This document shows positions 16,901 through 30,142 of a stretch of 64,000 nucleotides of DNA, one piece after another. A model generated the notes under the pieces. That model ran no database searches. It worked only from the letters and a program-made list of their open reading frames with translations, and was not told where the DNA came from. The stretch lies in the NCBI RefSeq assembly GCF_009914755.1, contig NC_060942.1; one strand, 5' to 3'. Origin of the DNA: the human T2T-CHM13v2.0 reference genome, Homo sapiens. Made by a program: the position numbers and the translations under genes. The first letter of the stretch is position 1. Every line of letters begins with the position of its first letter.

Positions 16901-17719
16901 GAGTCTTAGAATCTTCCTTCTGCCATTTCTGTGTCCTACTTTTGTGCTTAGAGATTTATATGTGTCCAAGACACTAAAGATCCTTGCATGCTTTTAGAGC
17001 AAATTTGCTTTCCTGGGGTTCATAAGTCAGCTGCTAACAGTGATGCCTGTTGGAAGCAGTTGCACAAAAGAAAAAAATAGATTTCCTGCTTATATGTATA
17101 AGAAGCATCCTACCTTTACCCTAACTTTTTATATCTCAGAACATTTGCTTTCTGATTATTTCCTGTCACATTTTAAAGCCAGCCTGGTGAGTGTTACCCC
17201 TCCAGTTAGTTTCCTGTTCCATGTAGAAGCTTGGCCTATAATCCCCTAGTTTGATGTATGAAGACACAGTTATTACTGCAGCGGGCTCTCCTCACACCCC
17301 TTCCATCATAGTTATGGCTGCAACCTAACAAGAACTTCACCGGAAATGAATGTTAGAAATCATAATGGCATTTTGTTCCATGCAGTTTTATTTAGGGAAA
17401 TGCTATTTGGCACATAAAACAAGGGGCTGCCCTAGAAACAAACAACTGAGCCCCATAATGTCATGGTTTGGTGTCAAGAATATTGTTCCTGGGCAGATTC
17501 TGATGATGTTTTTGTTTTATATTTCATCTCATCTTCTTTAACTTTGCTTAAAATTTAATTTATGGCCTTCATTACCAAGTTAAAGATTGCTGGGGTGATT
17601 AAACTCTTCTGTTTTATGTGTAAACAGAAGGAATCCTTATTATAGCATAAGAAATGGTGCCAAAAGGATGCCATCCTGTTTTCTCTTCATGCTTCCTCAA
17701 AGCCACTTCGATTCAATGC

Positions 17720-18550
17720 ATGTTTCCAGAACATCTCCTATTATAAGACAATAAGTGGTCACTTAATAGATGAAATGATCAGTGATGGGCCACAGTTCCT
17801 CTTCCCAAGATTTTATAAGTTTTGATGGAGCTGCAACAAAATGTAAATATAATGAGAAAGCACATTCATCAAGTGCAAGATTATATAAGATATAGCAAAC
17901 CTGAAAGAGTGAAAAGGGGATCACTTCTTACTGTTCAAATGGGAAAATGAAGTGAATATCTTGCTTAGGAATGAGTGGTTGGCTTATGGTGGGTTTTGTG
18001 GGAGTGAATATAAGATGAAAACTAAAAGACTAAGTAGTTGAAAATTTGAAGTCGGTACTGAAGTGTTTAGCAAATGGAGTGAGGACATTCTATATCAATA
18101 AGGACCAGAGGTATAAAATACAAAATAAGCAACACTATTGCATATTTGAGGCTTGAAGGATGGTGAACAACTCTATGGATTCAGAATGTGGAGTAGGGCA
18201 GTGGTATATGATATGGTGCTAGAGAAACCAAGACCACACTCAGTAAGGTCCTTCATATCCTCCAAAGATGTATGTATCTTATCGGTGATACAAGTCACTG
18301 GATGTTCTAGATTAGAGCATAACCTGATGGCATGCTAGGGGCAACTGTAAGGACAGGGTAGTGGGTGGTGAAAAGATAAGGTTATTGGTGACTTGTAAAA
18401 GATGGGGCTTCATCTGAGGTATTGACAATAACAAGAGGTTGAAGGAAGTGTGCTTTAAAGCTATTTAAAAAGTAGAATTAAGAGGTTCAGTAATTGCCTG
18501 GATATGGGAATTGAGGGCAAAAATGGACTTGAAGAACGATAGAGTCCATT
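17720..18550 (-). mobile_element. Degenerate L2 fragments
   Basis: Purine-rich L2-like motifs such as taattgcctggatatgggaattgaggg. Confidence 0.45.
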
Positions 18551-19774
18551 ACTAGAAATTAGCAATTGTTACTACTAAGGGGGAAGTAACCACTTGAGTG
18601 AATGAAAACCCATTCATTTGATTGGTTGATTCATAAAATAGCTGCTGTTATGAATTTTAATATATTTGCTAGTAGATATTGATGGAGAAAATTCAAAGAT
18701 ATATTAAGGCGTATTTTCTCTTTATTCTGTCTCAATATGTGTAATCAATAAAGATGGGCTTCTTATTTTCCTCCTTCCTTTATAGCTGCATAAGGTGTGC
18801 TGGTCAGATAAAAATCATTTGCCAATCAACCTTCTATCTCTGAAGCATTTCTGCCAGAAAGACAGACCAGGGACTCTTCTAAAATAATTATAAAAATTCT
18901 TAGCCCCATGGATATTCAGATACCAGGTCTTTGAGTGCTAAATTGCAAAATCATCACTATAATCAGCTGTTAACTGGCACTCTGTAGTTAGTGTATTCAT
19001 TAGTTTGTTCTTGAGCAGCTCTGGCACTTAATCAAAAAAGACATTGATTCCAATTCATTTCAGCTCATATGATTTAGGCTTAACTGTATATTTTAATTAC
19101 TTGGTACTAATGCAAGGTTTTTAAAGTTTCTCTAGCTCATAAAGGAATCCTAATTTCTAATGGCACATGCAGTAGAAATAAAAATCAACCTCTGTATTTA
19201 TAAGGCAGTCCCTCCTTTTTTTTCTGTAAGGGAAGCAAAGTAATTTTACCTAGTAGATTAGATTTTTTCAGATGAATAAATTTCTCTCAATATGTAACAG
19301 GAACAACCCCCAATGCCATGGGGTCTCTATTAGCTTTACTTATTAACTGATAATGATGCCCTTAGTGTAAAGGCCTCTGCCCTTCTCTAAAAGCTTTATT
19401 TATTCTCAGAAAACTGCTTATTCACAATAAACCTTTCCTCTCAATGTCCAAGGTAGCTCCCTTATTAGGCCAAAATTACATCTTAACAGTCCTTATTACT
19501 TTAAGATTTACAAAGCACTCTGATATCTCTTATTTCATGTTTTTCTTTGAGCATTTCCTCTATCCTATGATACAAAGCAAATATCTATTACAGGAAAAGC
19601 ATCTTTCTCAAAAGGCTACTAAGGCAAAGAGCAATTTGAAAATTGAGGCTCCCATATGAACACTATTGATTCAGGATAGAGATTGCCTTTGGCATATGAC
19701 TCTGAGAGAAAAATAAAGACCTATTTGGGATGTAGGGCACATGGGGAATTAGGGAATGGGTCTTGAGTATCGCT

Positions 19775-19910
19775 GCTTAGGTTCAAATTCTGGCTGAGCG
19801 ATTTACCAGTTGTGTTCCTTCTCAAAGCCTCCATTTCCCCAAAAGTATAATTATAGGATAGACTGCATAGATACATAAAGCACTTAGAACAATGTCTCAC
19901 ACTCAATTAT
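19775..19910 (+). mobile_element. MIR SINE
   Basis: ggttcaaattctggct...gcctccatttccccaaaagtataa...aaagcacttagaacaatgtct. Confidence 0.7.
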
Positions 19911-20979
19911 ACAGCCCTCCCCACCCCAGGAATATTTGTAATTGAATAATGCATGGGTGTCCACAAGAAAGCCAAATTTCATTATTGTCACAGTACCTTC
20001 AAAGCTAGCTCCTTGATAACCCTGTCCTCAGCCACTTACCTTCCTCTAAGATTTTCCTTAAAAAGCCTGCTCACTGGAAAAATATCCATCCAGAGGTTCC
20101 AAGTCTTAGCCTGTTCTTAGAAATCATCATTAACTTTCAAAACTTCCCTTTGCTCCTGCTCAGTTCATGCTACTAAAGGCTGCTGTTAATATCTCCTAGA
20201 ATTATTTAGTGTTTGTATAGTGATGCTTTATTGCTCTAATATAACTTTGCTTGCATCTATTTCAGTTGAAGATAACACAGAGAAGTGAAAAATCACTCAA
20301 TAGGTTTTGTTTTTTGAGTGCCTTTATTTGGCTCTAGGACTAACTCACTTTAAACATTGTAAAATTCTGATCAGTTAAAAGATACTGCAATGCCGGTTCT
20401 TTCTAACTTAAAAGATTTTGTTGGTTACATGCCTGTAAAATGTAAATTAATTAACTAATAAATTAATTAAATGTCCATGTTAATGTATATTTTAACAAGA
20501 AGCTTTAGCTAAATCGAAATAGATTCTGGATGGTTCTGGAACTTACGACACCTTCTTGTGCTATTTACATGAGCTTAATTGAAAGGAAGTTTTTTGCTAC
20601 CGTCTGGTGGAGCAAGGGACTGAGTATACACACTGTTTTGGAGAAGAGACAGGAGAATATTAAAGAAGATGGCAGAAACGATTTTAAGCTCTTATGACAA
20701 GAGGGGTTACAGCACTAGCTATGTTGATAAACGATTAATAGGCTCTGGTACTAGCAATGCCACTGTAGTGATCCTTTAGAAAGGAACTTCTCCATACACA
20801 ACTCTGCCACTCAAACATGCACATTATCTTACAGTCTAGAGTATAGAATGCCACTCTAAGGACTCAAGGACATACGAAAAGAGAAACAGACCTTTATTAC
20901 CAAAAACTTTCCAAGAAAACAGATATTGAAACATGTATTGTTTTTTGCTTTCTGAGGTAATTTACAATCACTTTCCTCT

Positions 20980-21790
20980 TTTAAAAACTTCTGTTGAACT
21001 ACCTTAGACTTATAGAAGAGTTATGAAGATAGTACAGAGTTCTCCAACACTCTTCACTCAGCTTCTACTAAAGTTAGCATCTTACACAACCATGGTGCAT
21101 TTACCAAAACTAAGAAATTAACCTTGAAATTAACATTAACATTAAATTCTGAGTTAAACTAAGAGTTTTAACTAAACTATCGACTTCATTTGGATTTCAT
21201 TCATTTTTTTCTACTAATGTACTTTTTTAGTTTTGGAATCCAATCCCAGATACTAATTTAGTTGTGGTCTCCTCTAATCTGTGACAGTTTCTCAGTTTTC
21301 CTTTGACTTTGATGACCTGGACACTGTTGAAGAATACTGAACAGATTTTTTTTTTAGAATGACACTCAATTGAAATTTGCTTTCTCATTTTTAGCTTAGG
21401 ATTATGGATTTTAGGGTAGAATACCACAGATATATTATGTTGTTGGCACATCGTATCAGTGGATAAATGATGTTGATATGTATTGCTAGTGATATAAAAC
21501 TTGATCACTTGGTTAAGGTGGTATCCTGCAGGTTTCTCTACAAAGTTACTATTTTTCCCTGCCCGTATGCTCTTCATTAGAGGCAAAGCACTATCCCAGC
21601 TCACCCTCAAGCAGAGGGAAAGTAATCCATCCCCCGAGGAATGTTTTAATATTTGTTGAAGCTAACATGGCAACTAATAAATATTTGGGGTGAGATACTC
21701 TGAGACTATATAAATATTGTGTTTCTCCTTTAAGAGTTACTCATGAATTTAAGCAGTCATCAGTGGATCTTCAGTGCGGCATTATTTCTT
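20980..21790 (-). mobile_element. L1MC/L1MD-type 3' UTR
   Basis: cttagacttatagaagagttatgaagatagtacagagttc...ctcctctaatctgtgacagtttctcag. Confidence 0.75.
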
Positions 21791-21889
21791 TTCATTTTAT
21801 ATTGAAAGTTTTGAACTATGAATTTAATTTCTTTAATAGATATCAGACTATTGATAATATACATTTCATTTTGTGTAAGCGTTCGTAGT

Positions 21890-22345
21890 TTGTACAAATA
21901 TGTTCATAGCAGCACAGTTCACAATAGCCCCATCTAGAAAAAAACTCAAATATCCATCACTGGTACAATGGATATATAAATTATGGTATAATTATAGGAA
22001 GAAATTCTATATGCCAGTGAGAACAAGTATGCCATTGCCATAAGGAGCAACATGTCTGAATCTTTCAAACATAATATTGAACAAAAGAAGGCAGACATAG
22101 AAGAGTGTATCTGTGTTTTTCTATTTATATAAGTGTAAAAACAGACAAGGCTGATTTATGCTGTTAAACATTAGGACATTATTTCTCTGGAGAAGAACAG
22201 TAACTGGGAAGGGCCACATGCAATGCTTCTGGAGTCTGGAAACATATTATTTCTTAATCTGTTTCCTGGTTACAGAAATGTAGTCAATTTTGAAAATTTA
22301 TTGAATTATACACTTTTACTTGGGGGACTATCCTCTATGTAGTGT
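21890..22345 (+). mobile_element. L1ME-type 3' end
   Basis: tgttcatagcagcacagttcacaatagcc...aaacataatattgaacaaaagaaggcagacatagaagag. Confidence 0.7.
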
Positions 22346-22649
22346 ATATTTTAATAAATGTAAAAGATTGTGTTAAAAAGGCTGTTTCTCTATTGATGTG
22401 CTATAACTCTCAAGTATTCCAAAAAGTCACTGAATAAAAGTTGAACAAATTTGAATGCCTGCAAGTATCAGCGATAATCATAAATGTAATTCATTGTGCA
22501 CACTGGAGAAGGCAAGGGAAAATCATTTGTAAAGAACTCTCAGAAATCAATTCTTTCCCACCATATTAAATGTCCAGAAATTCAGAGCCATACTATAACA
22601 GGATTTTCTTATCTAGCAATCTAAACATTCTATCAAACTATTTTAACTA

Positions 22650-24700
22650 ATAACTGAAACAAGTTTGAGATAATCATGTTTTAGAGAACCTGGGAAGACT
22701 CCTAATAATAACCACTGCTTTCCTAGCTAACTCTAGTAATGTGTTCGTATTAGTCTAAGGTTCTATGCAAAGATATGAAATTAATTGCTTTCTTCCTTAT
22801 CTTCTCAGTTTGTATTTTACAGAATCCGGTGACTCACCCTACCCACATTTTTGGTATATGTTTTGCTCCCAATTCTAGTTTCCTGATACTAATTCTATTC
22901 TCCATTATTATTTAAGGATTTTCAATCATAGTTTTATAATTTATAATTACAGTTGCAAATTATTTTAGTTCTCTGAGATTTAATTCATTTGGTCTGGAAA
23001 CTTGAATTCATCTAAAGATACTAAGTAATTTCTCATTCTCTTTTGTTTTTTAGGTCATTAATCATCATATTTATTCTACCTCATCCGATTATGAAAAACT
23101 TTTCCTGGATTGAGTAAAGAGCAGGTAAAGTTGAACAATGTGTTGCTTGCTCTAGTATTTATTAACATGACACCAGCTGTTCTTAAACAGCGGACTTCCT
23201 ACTTTATCTTGTTCTATTTAGAAATTTAAGAGTATTGTATTTTCTTAATTACTCTTGGCATAAAAGCACAAATTCATTCCAGTTTTTTGTCTTTTATTAA
23301 TTTTTTATCATTTTATGTTATCCTTTTGCATCTTCCGTATATGTTGCTTTTATTTCTAATATAGCTCAAGGTAATCATAAAATTATCTGTAAGAGGCAAT
23401 ATTGTTTATAGAGAGAGAAGTGTTTTTTCAAGAACAATAGAGTTATGACTTAACTTTGCTACTCAATGACCTTAATTCAATCACTTAATTTCTGTGAAAA
23501 GTGCTTAATCTATAAATGGCAAAAAAAAAAAAAACTACTTCAGAATTGCCTAATAATAAAATGTATATGTAACCTAAACTGTCATACATTATATATACTG
23601 GAATAGTATATAATATATACATGTGTATATACATAGTATATGTATATACTTATTGATATATTAATAAGTTGAACTTATTTATGTTTCCCCTTCATACTCG
23701 TATATTGGTAGTCATTTATTTTTGTTCATTTTTTCCCTTTCACACTATTATGTTGATAGTCATTTTTTTTCTTTCAGAGGCCATGCTTTCTGAAATATTT
23801 TTAAATATCTTTGACTAGCATCTATAATGTAGTGCTCTTATACTCAGCCTTCCCTTCTTAGATTATTATAAACTCTGAGATGACATGGTCACTTTCTCCT
23901 TGGGTGTCTGTCACTTCTGCTTTACCAAGCAGTTCTTCCTTGTTAGTCAAAATTAATTCCAGAGTAGCAGTTCTCCTCCATTGCCTTTTTAGGCCCTCCT
24001 GAGAGCTGAGATTGTCAGGAAGGCAAGTTAAGAGTTTATTAGATTTTTCTTTTAGAGACTTCAAACAGTCATCCAGATACGTGAGACTCCTCTTGTCACT
24101 CACTACTATCTTCTGGGCACAGGATAAATCTATGTACTCCATTGTGAGTATGCCTTTCAGAGCAGATGCCCCACAGTTCAAGCAGCCTAGTGTCTACTTC
24201 CAACATTGCAGTTGTTGATATTCTCTTCTTTCATACTGTCCAAATCTTCTCCTCTAAGATAAAGCTCAAGATGTTGAAGTTTTATTGACACATTTATTTT
24301 CTTGATATTGCCCTCTAATTCTAGTAAGTTGTTTCTTTTCAACATTTTAGGATACCACACAGATACTACCTAACCAAATTTATGTAAGTTCAGGATAGTA
24401 CATTTTTTTTTGCTAAGGAACTTACAAATATGTTATTGTTTCCAGTTACTTTATTACCCACACTCTGTCCACATCTATGGAAACCTTTGAGTCTAAATCT
24501 CCTTCCGTATTATTTAATTTTCAGTACTTCTGATAAGTTGTGATGCTGCTGTTGGTTCTTCCCTGATCATTTCTGCTCCCCTCTATCATGCCCTTTTTAC
24601 AGTTATATTTCTGTACATTCTCCTTCTTCTTCAAATTTCAGTTGCTGTTTTTTTAAATAAATCTGCTGGCTTTCTACCAAACCCTTTTTTTTGGGTGTGT
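22650..24700 (-). mobile_element. Ancient CR1/L3 LINE ORF2 remnant (endonuclease and pre-RT region)
   Basis: ORF 23858-24181(-) contains LELILTNKEELLGKAEVTDTQGESDHVISEF, the CR1 APE-endonuclease LDLxLTN..E......LG.SDH motif; 22960-23040(-) resembles the KSPGPDELHPRVLKEL region. Confidence 0.75.
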
Positions 24701-24892
24701 ATAAACTGCACTCCACCCCTTGCCACAGGTTTATTTTTCTGATTTCAAAAATAATGATCCAGAAATCTTACTGTGTTCCCAATTGTATGCTTTCCCCAAG
24801 TTCTTTTACTGTTTTAGAAAATGACCTCCAAGTGGAATAAAAGCAATTATCCTCTTTCACTACCATTTCTTATGCATAACTCCAAAGTTGCT

Positions 24893-25165
24893 ACAGCAGC
24901 ATTTCAGAGTATGACCAATAGATCACAAATCCTATGAGAAGCTATACTCACAAAGGTTTCTGTGCTTACAGAAGCTTCAGAAAGGCTGACTCACATATCC
25001 CTAATTTGTAGATTTCTATCCCCATAATAAAAATGCAGAGAGATCCTGCCATCAATACTAAGATAATAAAGCAGCATAACTTTGTTTAATCCAGCATTTC
25101 CAAATACTTTTGAAATTTCTTAATCATGGAATATCTAGTAGCAGCCCAAGGAGCAAATTTTAATA
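24893..25165. mobile_element. hAT-Charlie-type non-autonomous DNA transposon (MER)
   Basis: taactttgtttaatccagcatttccaaa and a cagcatttc TIR-like start; subfamily uncertain. Confidence 0.5.
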
Positions 25166-25259
25166 TAATACATAAAATTTATTGAACTCTTACATATGTC
25201 AGATATTGTGCTAGGAAACAATGTATGTGTGTATACACATACATGCACATATGTCTGTG

Positions 25260-26150
25260 CAAATATTTATCAAGCACTCGCTATTTGCCAGCTCTTTTTG
25301 TCACTGAGCATACAGCAGTGAAAATAATAAACAAAATTACCTGCAATTATTTTAGTAGGGAAAAGAGACAATGAGTTGAGTACACATTACATTGGTAATA
25401 AGTAAGAAGAAGGAAAAGTTATACCCGTGCAAGACCTATATTGTTTAATGATGGGTGGGGTAGGTTTCAAATTTTCAATGGGTAGACAGGGAAAAACTCA
25501 CCTAGAAAGTAATTTTTGAGTAACCATCTAAGGATGGTGAAATAGATTGCATGCAGATATATTATAGACACGGTGACTTGTATGAAGAGAATTTTAGGCA
25601 AGGAGACATGAAAGTATGAAGGCCTTGAGGCAAGAGTGTGCCCAGTTTATTCAATGAACAGGAAAGAAGCCCATATGGCTAAAGAAGAAAAGACAGAAAA
25701 ACAGAGGATCAGAAAATAAATGTGGGGACATAACAAATGACCTTGCCTTTTATTGAATTAAAAATGGCAACCCACTGGAGGTTGTTAAGCAGAGTGACAA
25801 GATTTGACGCGTTTTAACATCATCATTTTACCTGCTGCATTAAGGCCAGATAATACGCTGGCAAGAGCAGAAGCAGAGTAATGAGGAGACTTGCAGAAAT
25901 ACTGGCAAGAGAGGATTATGGCTTGGAGCAGAATAGTATCAGTGGTTAAATTCTAGGTGTATTTTGAAGGTGAAGCTCAATGCTAGTTTTGTTTGTCTGT
26001 TGTTGTGTATACTTTGCCTCGAACACCTGGGAGAGATGAGTTGTCATTAACTGAGGTGTACACGAATACAGGAGAAGCCAATTTCCCTGGGGTAAAGGTA
26101 GAAGATATCAGGAGTACAGCTTTTAAACACGTTAATTGGCAGATGGACAT
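25260..26150 (-). mobile_element. L2a
   Basis: aaatatttatcaagcactcgctatttgccag...gaaggccttgaggcaagagtgtg...gagttgtcattaactgagg. Confidence 0.8.
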
Positions 26151-26179
26151 ACGAGCCAACATTAACTCATTTACTCCTA

Positions 26180-26335
26180 TTAACAATTACATAAACTGGG
26201 TACTAATATCATATCCATTTCGCACTGAAAAAACTAAGACCCAAAGAGGTCAAGAAATTGACAGAAAGTGAGCCAAATGACTAAGCAAGAGCTGTGCAAA
26301 ATTTGAACTCGAGGACATTTTACATCTGTGGCCCA
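26180..26335 (-). mobile_element. MIR
   Basis: atccatttcgcactgaaaaaactaagacccaaagaggtcaagaaattgac...atttgaactc. Confidence 0.65.
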
Positions 26336-29300
26336 GGTTAATGGCTATTATCTATTACTGCCAAACTAAGAGATATTGAAGGCTTTTGCATTTCAAACAG
26401 CCAAAAGAAAAATGTATCCACTGATGTGCCTGACGGTTTCTCAAAGAATTTCATGGGTTAGTTATGTGCTACAGGAAGACAGGGCACTCACCTCTCAGTT
26501 ACGCACATCAGAGTATTCTCAAATCTCAGAAGGAAATGGACACACCCACTGCATATCACTCTATTCTGTGCCAGTAACAGGGGCTCTGGCATTCTTTGGC
26601 ATCTTTCAATCTACTTTATCACTCTGTAGCACATAGAACCTTGCATTCTGTTCAGTCTAGGTCTGTTTTATACCTCTTGTGACCATAAATTTGTACTAAT
26701 CATTCTTCTACCTAGGACAGGTTTTCACCCTTCATCTTGGCTTTAATCCCTCTCTACTTTCCTGAAATATTTCTCTTTTTACCACTATTATTTGGCATCT
26801 TCTTTCCATATTGGAGTCCTTCCTGCTGCTTAATAAGTCAGAATATTTTTTAAATATAGGTTTTCTGAAATTCCCTCATATGAAGAGAGATATCAATTAG
26901 CAATTACAAAACATGTTTCACTCCAAAACCTCTCAGATTTCAAGTATAACCACAGACTTTTTCTCATCTAGAACTTCTCTGGTTTTGTGCCTACTAAACA
27001 GCCTGGAGCAGAAGGAGAACACTGGAGAGAAATGGAAGTGAAGCCTAGAAAGGCAATCATGGTCACCCCATTACTGAGGACTTAGGTTGGCTGCTGAGTT
27101 TGGTCTTGATTTAACAGATCAGACTGGGAGACACAATAAGCACATGAGTCACTGGGAACTGATGCTTATTTTTTCCTGTTTGCTTTACCCCACTCTTAGC
27201 CTTGTCTCCACTGATGCGCAGGTGAGTTACAAGAGGAAGCATTTCCCAGGCTGCAAAGCAGTCCACTTAGCTCCAGATCTTGAGTGTGTCTTGAGTTAGT
27301 TTGGTGCAGATTCCACCAGTGAGCTTTGACTTCTCAGCAATCTCTCTCTTGAGAGGCTTCCCAGAAATCTGTCCTTTCAGCTCACCACTGAATGCACTTT
27401 GAGCAACTGGCTGCCTCTCGCATAAGTACATTATTAATGGTCTCTTTTCAAAAGCAGAGATAGTGCCCTGGAAAATGCGGTATTGATTTTTCCCCTTCTT
27501 TCTCACTGTTTCAATCACTGCTCGTTTGAATGGCTTTCATTTTTAGCAACAACATGAGAATCTTTGAAGAAAAGTGGTTTATAGGATCAGCCTGAAATAA
27601 AATCACCGCTCAATTTAAGCTCTGAAGAATACTATGGATATTTTAATAGAAGTTTGGAGAATCTTTGGCGAGCTCAATAATAGCTACAAGGAGTTTATAC
27701 ACAGAAATCATACTTAGGGATCATTTTATTTCTTAGGCAGTATGTGTTAACAGCAAATAAAGGTTTAAACCTTCAGTCACTTCCAGACTATATATATCAA
27801 GAGTCTCAAGAGTGTGGAAATGTTCAGAGTACTTCGGAAGGGGTGAAAGACTTTCTACGACTCTAATTTGTCTTTAATTGGCCCTTGTAGATAAAACCTG
27901 GGGTGGTTTTCTCTTAAGCTCTCTATCTGCCTGCTGTTTGAATCAGGAAATACCAGCTCTATTACAGCTGAAAGACCTACAGACCATTCAGTTAAACAAA
28001 TTTGTTGTTCAAATGAGACAAGTAAAGCCCAGGTGATGGTGTAGCTTGATGGAGATGGCAAAACCTCAAATTCCTGTCCAGGATTCTCTCTTTGTGGGCA
28101 CCTGGATTCCTTCTCCCTACATGGACCTTGTGATAGTGCTGACTTCTCTCTTTCTTCATTTCCTCCCATATTCTCTAAATGCCTATAGATCTTTTCAATT
28201 CTGAATCTTCCTATGCTGCGTGAACATAGTCATTCATGAAGTAGAATAATATTACCATATGAATTGGCTGATTCCTTAGCAAAAAGAGAGTGTTACCTTC
28301 TAGGGTCATATCAAGAAGCATCTCTCCCAGGAAACTCATTCTGTGACTTCAGTCCATATTGATGTCTCTCTTTTTTGCCAATCACTATAAATCACAGAAA
28401 ATGTGTATTATATAGTGTCTTTATTTCAGTGTTCTGTGTATATGCCAAGATTTTTAATGAGGTCTTTGAAATTGATATTGATTAAATGAATATTTACTAT
28501 GTAGCTAGTAAGTGTATAAGGTACCATGCTATATGTTAAGAGGGCTAAAGATAAGAATAAAATATAATTTTTCTTGAATTATTTGTGTTTGATACAGATG
28601 CAAGTTTTAAACACATGAAAATAATTTTCACAGGAATACCTTGATGTGAAGGAAGATAGTAAAAAGAAATTCCAGAGAGGGGAGTAAAAGAGCAGAAAAC
28701 GTAGGGCTGGTCAATTTAGTGGTATTAGGTAGGGTATCTGGGGAAACACGGCTGTGTTTAGTTTCAAAATGTGATTAAAGGGGATGGAATAGGATGAAAA
28801 TAAAAATATTCCTAACTTTGGAGAATCAAAGCTATGTGTTTAATATATTGCTCACACAGGGAAAAAGAACCTTGATTAGAATAGAGTGAAGGGTATGCAT
28901 TCATTCATTCATGTAACAAATATTAATTGAGAATCTTAGCACCTAGACTAGTGCCTATATGTAAAGCACTAGTCGAGGCTCTAAGGTTAACTCTGAAATG
29001 ATGGGGTTAGGAAGCTTTTACATCTAATGCCAGGCTAGCATGAATGCTACAAAAATAGAAAGCAAGAATCACATGGAGAAATGTTGGGGAAATTGTGCCA
29101 ATTAAATATGGAAAGCTAAAGAGCCAGCGTAACCTAAGCACCGATTGTTATGCTAGTAATAGGAGGAGGGCACATGAAGGAACTAATGTGAAGTCCAGGT
29201 GGATAGAGGAGGAATACTGGAGTGTCAGATTTTGGTCATAGTGCTAGGGATAGGGTGTTTGGTGGAAGATCTCTCTTTTTCACTTTTTTTTTTATTAAGG

Positions 29301-30115
29301 ATCTCCCCTTTTGCTCTTCCATAGAGTTGTTTAATTACATGGGCCTTGAGCAACAAAGGCTGCCTGACCTTCTTTGTTCCAACATTAATCCTTTTTAAAT
29401 TCTTGGAGGATGCAGAAAGCCATTGCCATCAGAAACCAGGCCAACTCCCATGGGAAAGGAAGCCCCTTAGTCTCATTAGGAGTGTTCTTGCAAGTTCCAC
29501 TTGGCCAAGCATCTCTCACCAGGAGCCTGCAAGGGGTGGGGGAGAGGGGATACTTACAGTAACAAATGGTGTAGGATTTGCCTGGCCTCTTCGTCTTTGT
29601 GTACATCTTTCTTGGGAACCATGAAAGAAAATAGTTCTGGCAGCTAGCCATTCTCATTCTTTTCTCAGCAGAGGGGAACCTAATATAATCCAGCTCTTAG
29701 ATGCAGGGTTTCTGCTTTCTGTTTTCATGTGCTTAGCATGACCTGATGTAGGACCTAATTATCCCCCTCTCACCAGGCCCCAACAAAGAGTTTTTACACT
29801 CTAAGTAGTTCAGTCCCTAAAATGTGGACAGGTAACGAGACAACAAGTTTCCTCACAGAAATGCACTCTCTTCTGAGAAGTAAATGTCCAGTCATGAAAA
29901 GCAATATTGAAGGGTAATGAAGATGAAGAAGAGGTAACCTAATAGAAGGTAAGCAGCTACTCTGTTATAGGCAGTGTGCTTGATGCTTTAAATGTGTTAT
30001 TTTGCTTAATTATTACAATATCTCATTTTACACATAAAGAACCTGATTTTCCCCAATGTTAAATGACAAACTTACATGACTTCTTTCTATGTGGTGTTAA
30101 TGGCTTCTTCTCTCC

Positions 30116-30142
30116 CTTTTTTTTTTTTTTTTTTTTTTTTTT
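30116..30142. repeat. Poly-T tract (about 26 nt)
   Basis: Read directly from the sequence. Confidence 0.9.

Noticed and set aside
30116-30142. Poly-T as the tail of a hidden retrocopy
   Set aside because: No retro-element body or TSD follows; it is more likely an expanded mononucleotide run beside an L2 remnant.
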